DNA of 61,607 nucleotides, counting the filler. It is 4 parts of 4 records of this genome, joined end to end, with 100 filler letters (N's around TTAATTAATTAA, not from the genome) between each part and the next. Parts side by side here need not be neighbours in the genome. Positions count along the whole stretch, not along the records: positions 25,329 to 41,472 come from DRR723986_800; 3 more parts are not named here. One strand, given 5' to 3'. Below, in pieces: positions 31,302 through 39,818 of the stretch. Position 1 is the first letter of the stretch. Every line of letters starts with the position of its first letter. The notes under the pieces were generated by a model, which saw only the letters and a list, made by a program, of their open reading frames with translations, was not told the origin of the DNA and searched no databases. The translations under genes were made by a program, and so were the position numbers.

Positions 31302-32677
31302 AACAATGGTATCTGGTTTCCGGGGTTGCATCAGCGGGTGTCGTTTCAGCCATTGCCTTTGCAATTTGGAGCGTCCGGCAAGTTGAACCCGTCCCGCCCT
31401 CGCTCGCAGCCGCCATTCGGTGGGTTCCGGAAACCGTCACTTCTCCTGAGCTTTCTGAGGCGCCGATTGTCGACTTGAGTGTTTCCCAAGTGCAAACGCG
31501 GCCCGAACTTACACCCCCGCCGCCGCTTCCCGTCGCCGCGAGTGTCGAGGAGTCGCTCCCTGTCATAGAGCCGCCACTCCTATCCTGGTCGCGTGATTTC
31601 GCTCCGGGTGAAACGCTCGATGGGGTGCTGGCAGATGCCGAACTCGGGGCCACAGACAGGGCCGAGGTCGCGCTGGCGCTTGGGGCAGAATACGATCTGC
31701 GGCGCCTGCGTCCGGGACATGGTCTCACCGTCGTGACGACCCGTCCGGAATCCCGTCTGCACAGCGTCCTTCTGGAATTGGATGGCGGCGTCCGTATTGA
31801 AGCGGTTTTTGGCACCGAAGTTGAGACACGCGTCCTTGTTCCTCAGCCCGAACTGGTGATCCGCGCGGGAGAGGCGCGTATCGAAAGTTCTGTCTTTGCA
31901 GCACTCGACGAGGCCGGAATGCCAGCACGCTTCGCGGTCGATCTCGCACAGATGCTGGGTGGAACATTTGACTTCCGGCGTGATCTGAGGGGCGGTGAAA
32001 CCTTGCGGCTGATGTGGCAGGAGGCACGGGTTGGAAACGAGATCATTGGCCAGCCGAGTCTGACCTTCGTGGCGCTTGACCTCGGTGACACAGTCTTCGA
32101 GATTGTTTGGCCCGGGGATGAGTCAGGTCGCGCAACTATCTATCGTGACGGAGAAATAATTCGGGTCTTCGCCCAACCCGTTGCGGGCGCGCGTCTCAGC
32201 TCGGTCTTTGGGCGCCGGACGCATCCGATCTACGGTAGTACGCGCATGCATACAGGCGTCGATTTCGCCGCTCCCCACGGAACACCGGTTTTTGCAACTG
32301 CCCCTGGCCAAGTCAGCTTCATCGGGCTTCGCGGTGGCTATGGTCGCGTCGTCGAGATTGCTCACGGGTCCGAGACCATGACCCGATATGCCCATCTGAG
32401 CGCCGTCCCCGAGGGCCTCGCCGTCGGCCAGTCCGTGGCTGCGGGGGACACGATTGGCCGCGTTGGTGAATCCGGCACTGCAACGGGACCGAATCTGCAC
32501 TACGAAGTACGTGTGGATGGCCGCCCCACCGATCCTCTCTCCGACGAACGCCTCATAACGGGCGTGGAAAGTGAAGCGCTGGATGCTGCCGCGCTCTCGC
32601 GTCTTAACGAAGCGCGCGCCATGCTCGACGAGCAACTCGCCGGCATGGGCTTCTCAAGCGACATCGAAAGGATTTAA
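31298..32677 (+). CDS. M23-family metallopeptidase (MepM-like)
   Basis: HTGVDFAA (HxxxD), TRYAHL, TGPNLHYE (NLH where HLH is usual). N-terminal TM. Confidence 0.9.
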   Translation: MKQWYLVSGVASAGVVSAIAFAIWSVRQVEPVPPSLAAAIRWVPETVTSPELSEAPIVDLSVSQVQTRPELTPPPPLPVAASVEESLPVIEPPLLSWSRDFAPGETLDGVLADAELGATDRAEVALALGAEYDLRRLRPGHGLTVVTTRPESRLHSVLLELDGGVRIEAVFGTEVETRVLVPQPELVIRAGEARIESSVFAALDEAGMPARFAVDLAQMLGGTFDFRRDLRGGETLRLMWQEARVGNEIIGQPSLTFVALDLGDTVFEIVWPGDESGRATIYRDGEIIRVFAQPVAGARLSSVFGRRTHPIYGSTRMHTGVDFAAPHGTPVFATAPGQVSFIGLRGGYGRVVEIAHGSETMTRYAHLSAVPEGLAVGQSVAAGDTIGRVGESGTATGPNLHYEVRVDGRPTDPLSDERLITGVESEALDAAALSRLNEARAMLDEQLAGMGFSSDIERI

Positions 32678-32680
32678 TCC

Positions 32681-33136
32681 ATGAAGCGACCCCTTGCGGC
32701 ACTCGCGTTTGCCCTAACCCTTTTCCCAACGGCGGAAGCCCTTGCACAGGCGATGCCAATCGAAGTCTACAAGACCAATGGATGCGGCTGTTGCCTTGCC
32801 TGGATGGAGCACTTGGAAGAGAACGACTTCGCTCCAACCGGGCAAGACATGTTCGCGGGGCTTCTGGTTCGGTTCAAGCTGGAGAACGGCGTGCCACAGC
32901 GCATGATTTCGTGCCACACGGGGCTTGTGGACGGATACGTTATTGAAGGCCATGTTCCCGCTACAGAAATTCGCCGTTTGCTGGAGGAACGCCCAGACGC
33001 CATAGGACTGGCTGTGCCGGGCATGCCGCTCGGATCGCCAGGTATGGATCAGAGTCGGCGCGCAGATGCATACGATGTCTTCCTCATAAACCGGGACGGA
33101 TCGACCGAGATTTTCGCAAGCTATCAAGGAATTTGA
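32681..33136 (+). CDS. DUF411 (CopG-like) metal-binding periplasmic protein
   Basis: CGCC..W, SCHT, IEGHVPA, GLAVPGMP.GSPGM. Confidence 0.92.
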   Translation: MKRPLAALAFALTLFPTAEALAQAMPIEVYKTNGCGCCLAWMEHLEENDFAPTGQDMFAGLLVRFKLENGVPQRMISCHTGLVDGYVIEGHVPATEIRRLLEERPDAIGLAVPGMPLGSPGMDQSRRADAYDVFLINRDGSTEIFASYQGI

Positions 33137-33139
33137 TCT

Positions 33140-33556
33140 ATGCAGAGCAGCACACAATCAGGCGGCATATCAGTGACAAACATTCACGGAACTCTAATAG
33201 AAGAGGCTGGGAATTGTGCGGGCGGGCGTCTGGAAAACCCAATGGTTGGCGGGTGGATATCTGCATTCTGCAAGGGGACCTTGTCTGCTGCCGTATTCCT
33301 TTCGCTCGGGGCCTGTGCTGTGCCAGTTACCGACACGTCCGCCACTCAACAGAACTACATGGAGGAATTGCCGGAGCAGGTCGTCGCAATTGCCGCATCC
33401 TATCAAAATCTTCAGGCCGTACGACTGCGGCCCGACGACGGGTGCTACTGGTACCAACATGTTGGACCCGTCGAGACGACAATGCTGCCGCTGTTAACCG
33501 CCTCTGGACGCTCGATTTGTACAAGGCGTGAGGCTGACCTTCCCGCGGCCAATTAG
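33140..33556 (+). CDS. Putative small lipoprotein (true start probably downstream)
   Basis: Lipobox-like LSLGAC, then DGCYWY.H.GPVETT.LPL...GRSIC. Confidence 0.65.
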   Translation: MQSSTQSGGISVTNIHGTLIEEAGNCAGGRLENPMVGGWISAFCKGTLSAAVFLSLGACAVPVTDTSATQQNYMEELPEQVVAIAASYQNLQAVRLRPDDGCYWYQHVGPVETTMLPLLTASGRSICTRREADLPAAN

Positions 33557-33688
33557 CGGACAAATTCGTCTGCAATTTCTTCCGGAACGTCAGGCCTATG
33601 ATTGACACCTCACGTGTTGCCGGAATGCCAACATCCCTCGCGAGCCTTGCCACCGCACGGCTCCGAAACGCCGGTAAATCCGAACCGA

Positions 33689-34360
33689 TCAACTATGCGC
33701 CGATGCGCGGCCGTCTCCATTAGCTGGATAGAGATGGGCGGTAACTCCGACCTGAACCTGTTCGTAGAGGTCATTAATATGGGGCATGACCATGCGCACA
33801 CAGCCCGAACTTGCGCGAGATCCTATCGAACGAGGATAGGGAGTGCCGTGGATGCGAAGATATGTATCCCTGTCGCCAACATAGAGATAGAGAGCACGCG
33901 ACCCCAAGGCATTCTGCGGGCCAGGCTCCATTCCGTTCTCATATTGAGAATAGAACTCGGGTTCGCGTTGGATCATAGCCGCTGTCGGCATCCAATGCGG
34001 CCATTCAACCTTGCGACGGATTGTGTAGGTGCCCGGCTCGTAAAGACCTGATCGACCGATAGCCACGCCATATCGCATGGCGGTTCCGCCCTCTTCAATG
34101 TGATAGAGATACCGAGCCACTGCATCGACGTGGATGTCGCCAGGCGAAAGATCGGCTCGCGCTTCGACCCGCTGCGGCAGCAACCGTGGGTGCAAACCCC
34201 AGGGGTTCGTTGTGGCCGGATCGTAGTTCGGCGGCGTAACTTGTGCATCCCAGTCAGCCCGTTGCGTTTCGGTTGGCCATGTGGTTGCAAGTGCTGGGAC
34301 GGCAATCGCTGGCGAAAACATCGCCGCAGCTGTCACGATAAAATGGCGCCTGGTCAGCAT
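33689..34360 (-). CDS. L,D-transpeptidase (YkuD family), Tat signal
   Basis: MLTRRHF, RYGVAIG, LGSRALYL, RIHGT...SIG..ASSGCVRM. Confidence 0.93.
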   Translation of the reverse strand: MLTRRHFIVTAAAMFSPAIAVPALATTWPTETQRADWDAQVTPPNYDPATTNPWGLHPRLLPQRVEARADLSPGDIHVDAVARYLYHIEEGGTAMRYGVAIGRSGLYEPGTYTIRRKVEWPHWMPTAAMIQREPEFYSQYENGMEPGPQNALGSRALYLYVGDRDTYLRIHGTPYPRSIGSRASSGCVRMVMPHINDLYEQVQVGVTAHLYPANGDGRASAHS

Positions 34361-34614
34361 GAGCCTGCTTCCCTCCAAGATTTGGTATTCCAGAGCACAG
34401 ATGTGCTGACTAAATTCCAGTAAACAAGAGCGGTTGCAAAAACCAAAGTCCAGTCAACTCCGCGCGAGATGTGAAGAAATGTCCTTGCCCCCTCGACATC
34501 AAGCAGGGGAAAACGCATTACCTCATCCACGATCAAAGGGCTGGCGGGACGAGCGCGAGTTTCGTTCGCCTGGCTTGCTGGCGGTAAGCGGCGATCGCAT
34601 CCGGAGGAAAGCTA

Positions 34615-34782
34615 ATGCTCGTAGTCTTAAGCGTTGTCGGTGGCGCAGTCTGGGGAGGCTTGTTGGCAAAAAAGCGCGGTGGTAACAGGCTCGATATCGC
34701 GCAGTATGCAGCTGTCTCGGCCATAGCCTTCGGCCTGCTGGCCGTTTTTGCAGTATTCCTTTTAGCAAGGCTTTTCGGTTAA
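34615..34782 (+). CDS. 55-aa two-TM membrane protein (not in ORF track)
   Basis: GGAGG RBS, then MLVVLSVVGGAVWGGLLAKKRGGNRLDIAQYAAVSAIAFGLLAVFAVFLLARLFG*. Confidence 0.75.
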   Translation: MLVVLSVVGGAVWGGLLAKKRGGNRLDIAQYAAVSAIAFGLLAVFAVFLLARLFG

Positions 34783-34812
34783 CTTTTCACGGTACTCCCC
34801 AATCATCCATGC

Positions 34813-35274
34813 TCAGGATGATGCATCAATGGCACGCTGGAAGGCTGCTAGAGTCGCCTCGCTCACATGATGCTCGATCCCCTCCGCATCGCGCTCGGCT
34901 GTTTCCTGGTCAATTCCGAGATTGATTAGGAATGCGACCACGATTCTGTGTCGCCGCCTGCACGCATCGGCAAGCGCTTGCCCCTCGTCAGTCAGAAAAA
35001 TCGAACGATATCGCTCGCGGCGAACTAGGCCTGCTGCTTTCAAGCGCGAGATATTCTTGGTGACAGTTGGCGGTTTCACCCCAAAACGCTCGGCAATATC
35101 GACCGGACGTGCTTCCCCCTGAACTTCAATAAGTTCGGCAATCAACTCAACGTAGTCCTCAGCCATTTCGCTCTCATGCGCCTTTCGCACGGTTGCGAAC
35201 CCATCGGCTTGTTCCTCGGGATCCCGCGCATAAGCGGCAGTGTCGTCACGAAAATTTGAAGGTTGGTTCGTCAT
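34813..35274 (-). CDS. mntR: MntR/DtxR-family metal-dependent repressor
   Basis: EDYVELIAEL...ARPVDIA..FGVKPPTVTK...RHRIVVAFL...AERDAEGIEHHVS. Confidence 0.9.
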   Translation of the reverse strand: MTNQPSNFRDDTAAYARDPEEQADGFATVRKAHESEMAEDYVELIAELIEVQGEARPVDIAERFGVKPPTVTKNISRLKAAGLVRRERYRSIFLTDEGQALADACRRRHRIVVAFLINLGIDQETAERDAEGIEHHVSEATLAAFQRAIDASS

Positions 35275-35302
35275 GGGGGGACAATGCCGGAACAACAATT
35301 GA

Positions 35303-35348
35303 TTGACAACTATTCGCCTCGGGTAGATATGTTAGCCTCATCTAACTT
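35303..35348 (+). promoter_or_regulatory. Promoter with putative MntR/DtxR operator
   Basis: TTGACA at 35303-35308 and dyad GTTAG-CCTCAT-CTAAC at 35331-35346, between divergent mntR and the di-heme gene. Confidence 0.65.
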
Positions 35349-35365
35349 TGGATCGGAGATTACGT

Positions 35366-37246
35366 GTGTTCCACAAGTTTTCCACTCTTGTGATTGGTGT
35401 AGCGCTTGGCGCTGGTCTTGCTAGTGGCCCTACATCGGCAACTCCGGTCCAGGAAGCCCCCTGGATTCCCGAAGCGGCTGCCTACCGGTTGACCTTGTTT
35501 CTGGGCAATCTAACCCCGGTCCCGTGGGATGAGTTGGAGCGGGCGTGGTTCGAACCTTATCACCAGTCCCAGTTCGCGCAGGGCGCTTTTCAGTGGCTTG
35601 AGGCTGAAAGCGATGTGGAGACTGATCAACTGATAGCCGCGATTGCAAGCGAGGATCGCCAGGCCGTTTTTTCGGAGGCGACACGACTGATTGCCGTACG
35701 CATCAACGAGGAATTGGACGAAGCACTCGCGGCCGAAACTCCTGCAGCGGCCCAACAAGCCGTCGGCGCGGCACAGGAACTCTACCGGGCATTTGCCGAC
35801 CACATTGCCGCCGCCGACCCAGACGCCGCGCGGGAGATCGGCCTTGCCTGGCTGGAAATGGCAAGCGCAACAGGCTCCGCCGGCGTACTTGGTGTCGCTG
35901 TCGTTCAGCCGGACCGCGACGCCATGCAAGCCTCGCGCGCGGTCATTTCAGACTACCTTGCTGCTAACTATCTCATTCACTCCTTCGCGCCGCGTGACAC
36001 GCTGAGCGCTGTGCCCGAAACCGTCGCCCTTGGAGGCCACGCCGTTGCCATCCCTGTAACGCTGCCACCCGGCTCTGACATATTCGATCAGGATCCCTTG
36101 CCACGTCTGGTTCTGGGCTTTGAAGAGCAGGGAATCGATGAAACCGATTTGCCGCTGATTGCATATGGCGACATGCTGTTTGATAGCCCCGAGATTTTCA
36201 GCGGACCAGCACGCGAGCTTGGGATTGCTTGCTCGTCCTGCCACAACCGCTCGGACATCAATCAGCGCTTTTTCATCCCCGGTGCCAGCCATCAGCCCGG
36301 CGCGGTGGATGTGGACGGCGCTTTCTTCAATCCGATGTTCAATGACCGGCGCGATGACCCGATCGACATTCCCAGCTTGCGCGGTCTTCGCTTCACTGGC
36401 CCCTATGGTCGCGACGGTCGCTTCGCCAGCCTCCGCGACTTCACACGCAATGTGATCGTCAATGAGTTCGCGGGTGCAGAGCCGACACCTTTCATGCTGG
36501 ATGCCATCGTCGCCTACATGACGGAGTTTGACTTTCTGCCAAATTCTCTGCTGACCGGAGATGGGCAATTGACTGCCGCTGCCTCCGAAGCTGCGCGGCA
36601 GGGTGAAGAGATTTTCAACCGGCCTTTCGATGGACTCGGGGGCAGGTCCTGCGCAAGTTGTCACGTCCCGGACGGGAATTTCCTCGACCGGCAGGCGCAT
36701 GATATCGGATCGGTTGCACCAGCCTATCAGGACGCGCGCGCAGGGGCGCTTGACACGCCGACCTTGTTGGGAACGGTTTACACCGCGCCCTATTTTCACG
36801 ACGGCTCGTTGCCAACGCTCGCAGCCGTTGTGGACTGGTTCGACGATACAAATGCGCTTGGACTGTCCGGCGCTGAGAGAGATGATCTGACCGCCTATCT
36901 CGAAGCCGTCGGTGCCGCGGATGAGCCTTACGAGCAGTTTGATGACGAAAACACCCCCTTCCGGCTGGCTTTCGCTGAGTTGACCACCTTTGCATCGACA
37001 CTCGACACGCTTCTGCTGCGGCGAGACATCCACCACATCCTGCTTCTGACCGATAGCGTCGCTTCGGATCTTGCGGCGGATGCCGGGACGATGGCCAATC
37101 TGTCCGCGCGCCCCGAAGTCTATTCATTGGCGGCGCACCTTGCTGAAGTTGGCACAGCTGTTCGCGCTGGTGACTGGCCTGCTGCAGAGGCAAGCTGGGC
37201 GGCCTTTCAGGGCGAAGCGCAAGCCATCGAAGAAAGGGCGTTCTGA
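35366..37246 (+). CDS. Exported di-heme cytochrome c (bCcP/MauG superfamily) with extra N- and C-terminal helical domains
   Basis: Signal peptide, CSSCH and CASCH, IPSLR..., TPTLL...TAPYFHDGS. GGAG RBS before GTG 35366. Confidence 0.88.
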   Translation: MFHKFSTLVIGVALGAGLASGPTSATPVQEAPWIPEAAAYRLTLFLGNLTPVPWDELERAWFEPYHQSQFAQGAFQWLEAESDVETDQLIAAIASEDRQAVFSEATRLIAVRINEELDEALAAETPAAAQQAVGAAQELYRAFADHIAAADPDAAREIGLAWLEMASATGSAGVLGVAVVQPDRDAMQASRAVISDYLAANYLIHSFAPRDTLSAVPETVALGGHAVAIPVTLPPGSDIFDQDPLPRLVLGFEEQGIDETDLPLIAYGDMLFDSPEIFSGPARELGIACSSCHNRSDINQRFFIPGASHQPGAVDVDGAFFNPMFNDRRDDPIDIPSLRGLRFTGPYGRDGRFASLRDFTRNVIVNEFAGAEPTPFMLDAIVAYMTEFDFLPNSLLTGDGQLTAAASEAARQGEEIFNRPFDGLGGRSCASCHVPDGNFLDRQAHDIGSVAPAYQDARAGALDTPTLLGTVYTAPYFHDGSLPTLAAVVDWFDDTNALGLSGAERDDLTAYLEAVGAADEPYEQFDDENTPFRLAFAELTTFASTLDTLLLRRDIHHILLLTDSVASDLAADAGTMANLSARPEVYSLAAHLAEVGTAVRAGDWPAAEASWAAFQGEAQAIEERAF

Positions 37247-38124
37247 TGAACCTACTGCTGACCCGCCGTCATCTTCTGGCCCAATCCGCTGCGGGAGCGT
37301 GCGCCTTGCTGGCAGTGCCAGCCATGGCACAAACTGAAACGCTTCGCCTTGCTTTCATCCCGCAGGAGAATCCGCAAAAACTCCTTGGAGATATCGAGGC
37401 CATCACCGGCTGGTTGTCCGCCGAAATCGGCGTGGAGGTGGAGGGCTTCGTGACCATCGACCATGCCGCCGCTGTCGAGGCACTGCGCAATGGCGACGCT
37501 GACATTTCATTTATGGGGGCACTGCCCTTCGTTCTGGCCGAAGCCGAGATCGGGGCGGTGCCGCTCCTGTCCGAGATTTACCGCGGTTCGCCGAGCTATA
37601 CGGGCCGCGTATTCGTCCGCAGGGATAGTGGCATCGAAACCCTGGCCGATCTTCGTGGTCGCGACATCGCCTTTGCCGATCCTGTTTCGGAATCGGGCTA
37701 CCTCTACCCATTGGCCGAGTTCGAGCGTGCAGGGTTGATTGCAAGCTTGGCTGATGCCGACACGTTTTTTGGCAGAATGTTTTTCGCAGGGGGCTATCAG
37801 CAGGCGATGCAGGCGATGGCCGAAGGGCTCGTCGATGCGGCAGGGGCCAGCCAGTTTGCAGATTTGCTCCTTTCACCTGACCAGCAGTCTCAAGTGACAT
37901 GGATCGCAGAGAGCGAGACTATCCCAAGCCATGTTGTGATCGCCCGCCCGGGTCTCGACGCTGAGGTGCAGGCAAGTTTTGTTGCGGCGATGCTGAGGCT
38001 CAACGAAGATGAAAACAGCGAGATGCTGCGCTATCTCTACGGTCCCGATGGGTATGTTACTGCCGATCCAACAGCGTTTGAAGGCGTTCGTGCCATGGCC
38101 AGTCGATATGGGTTGCTGCGATGA
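37246..38124 (+). CDS. PhnD-like ABC substrate-binding protein (Tat signal) with altered binding motifs
   Basis: LTRRHLL signal, AVEALRNGDADI, DLRGRDIAFADPVSESGYLYP. Confidence 0.88.
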   Translation: MNLLLTRRHLLAQSAAGACALLAVPAMAQTETLRLAFIPQENPQKLLGDIEAITGWLSAEIGVEVEGFVTIDHAAAVEALRNGDADISFMGALPFVLAEAEIGAVPLLSEIYRGSPSYTGRVFVRRDSGIETLADLRGRDIAFADPVSESGYLYPLAEFERAGLIASLADADTFFGRMFFAGGYQQAMQAMAEGLVDAAGASQFADLLLSPDQQSQVTWIAESETIPSHVVIARPGLDAEVQASFVAAMLRLNEDENSEMLRYLYGPDGYVTADPTAFEGVRAMASRYGLLR

Positions 38125-38903
38125 CACCCGCAATTCAAACTGAGGACCTTGCATTCTCTCATCTTGGCTCGGGCTTGCCCGCATTGGCAGAGGTCGCACT
38201 TTTAACGCCGGAAGGAGCGGCTATCGCGCTGCTTGGCCCCTCTGGCGCGGGGAAGACTACGCTGTTGACGCTGCTCGATGGGCGGCTGCGAGGCTGGCAT
38301 GGCCGCGCAACGGTGCTCGGGTCGGCTCTCGATCCCGATCGCGCTCCACCTCTTGCCCGGCGCGCCGATACGGGCTTTATCTTTCAGGAATTCGCGCTCG
38401 TTGAACGCTCCACTGTTCTGAGAAATGTTCTGAACGGCCGGCTAGCCCGGATGGAGTTCTTCCGCGCCCTCCTGGCGCGCCCGTCGCCGAATGACGTGAC
38501 CATCGCCCGGACAGCGTTGGAGGATTGCGGCATCGCGGATCTCGCCGAAAGGCGCGTCGATAGCCTAAGCGGCGGTCAACGCCAAAGGGTCGCGATTGCG
38601 CGCTGTCTGGCACAGGAACCAAGGCTGATCCTGGCCGACGAACCCGTTAGCAATCTTGACCCCGTCCGCGCTGCGGAGATTCTGTCGCTTCTCACCCGGG
38701 CTGCAAGAAAACGCGGTGCAACCACGGTTTTCTCTTCACATCAGCCCGAACTGGCGCGCCGGTTTGCTGAAAGGGTGATCGGTATGCGGAATGGGCGGAT
38801 CGTCTTCGACATGGCCACTGAAGATTTGAGCGAAGACGCGACTGTTCAGCTTTACCAGGACGCCGAGAATCCGCTTTCCCCTCTTTTGCAGGTGGTTCAG
38901 TGA
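38121..38903 (+). CDS. PhnC-like ABC ATPase
   Basis: GPSGAGKTT, LSGGQRQRVAIAR, LILADEPVSNLDP. Confidence 0.92.
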   Translation: MTPAIQTEDLAFSHLGSGLPALAEVALLTPEGAAIALLGPSGAGKTTLLTLLDGRLRGWHGRATVLGSALDPDRAPPLARRADTGFIFQEFALVERSTVLRNVLNGRLARMEFFRALLARPSPNDVTIARTALEDCGIADLAERRVDSLSGGQRQRVAIARCLAQEPRLILADEPVSNLDPVRAAEILSLLTRAARKRGATTVFSSHQPELARRFAERVIGMRNGRIVFDMATEDLSEDATVQLYQDAENPLSPLLQVVQ

Positions 38904-39661
38904 AGCGCGCGCGGAATGTCGGCGGTTTTGCGGCCAGCGCGCTTATCGCAGGTGCCGTGCTCTGGTCTTTAGTGACAACCGATGTTGAACTGTCCCGGTT
39001 GCTGTCCGCAGCGCCACGCATTGCTGATTTTCTTGGACGGATGTTCCCCCCGGATCCGACGGTGATGTCCGAGATTGTGCGCGGCAGCGCAGAAACACTG
39101 CGCATCGCCATCGTCGGGACGCTCGGCGCCGTCATCCTGTCCGTACCGCTCGGTATTCTTGCCTCCGACACGATGGCTCCGCCTGCCGTTTATCGACTGG
39201 TTCGTACGCTGCTCGCGCTCATTCGTGCCATTCCCCTGATACTTGTCGCAATGCTAATGGTTGGGGCGGTGGGGCTAGGACCATTGCCTGGCATCATCGC
39301 GGTTGCGTTTCATGCCACGGGCATGCTGGCAAAGTTCTATTCAGAGGCGATCGACAATGTCGAGCGCGCGCCAATCGCTGCGTTGGAAAGCGCCGGAGCC
39401 GGTCCGATTCTTCGTCTTCGCCACGCAATCTGGCCGCAGATGGCGCCGGTCATCGCCCGCGACACCATTTTCCGGTTCGAGTTGAACTTGCGGGAGTCAC
39501 TCGTCCTAGGCATCGTCGGGGCCGGCGGAATTGGGTTCTACATTCAGACATACGTGCGCTCGTTCCAGTACGATAAAGCGGCGAGCGTAACGATAGCAGT
39601 GATCATCATGGTTATCGCGATCGAGGCCGTGAATGTCGCGCTTAGGCGGCGCTTCACCTGA
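38900..39661 (+). CDS. PhnE-like ABC permease
   Basis: MFPPD, AKFYSEAI, RFELNLRESLVLGIVGAGGIG. Confidence 0.92.
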   Translation: MKRARNVGGFAASALIAGAVLWSLVTTDVELSRLLSAAPRIADFLGRMFPPDPTVMSEIVRGSAETLRIAIVGTLGAVILSVPLGILASDTMAPPAVYRLVRTLLALIRAIPLILVAMLMVGAVGLGPLPGIIAVAFHATGMLAKFYSEAIDNVERAPIAALESAGAGPILRLRHAIWPQMAPVIARDTIFRFELNLRESLVLGIVGAGGIGFYIQTYVRSFQYDKAASVTIAVIIMVIAIEAVNVALRRRFT

Positions 39662-39818
39662 CGCGTGTATCTAACCAATCTGCGGCGGATATCTCCGCAG
39701 CAGGGCTCATCGTCCCATCACTCGATCTGTTGTTTCGACGGCTGTTTTCGAAAGCTGGCCCGCTGCAGCCTGTCGCTTCGTTCCAATTCATTCTGGAAAG
39801 CGTATCCTACGCAAATCT

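Noticed and set aside
37246-39661. Phosphite oxidation (ptx) or C-P lyase operon
   Set aside because: There is no ptxD, htxA or phnG-M, and the binding protein lacks the oxyanion motifs.
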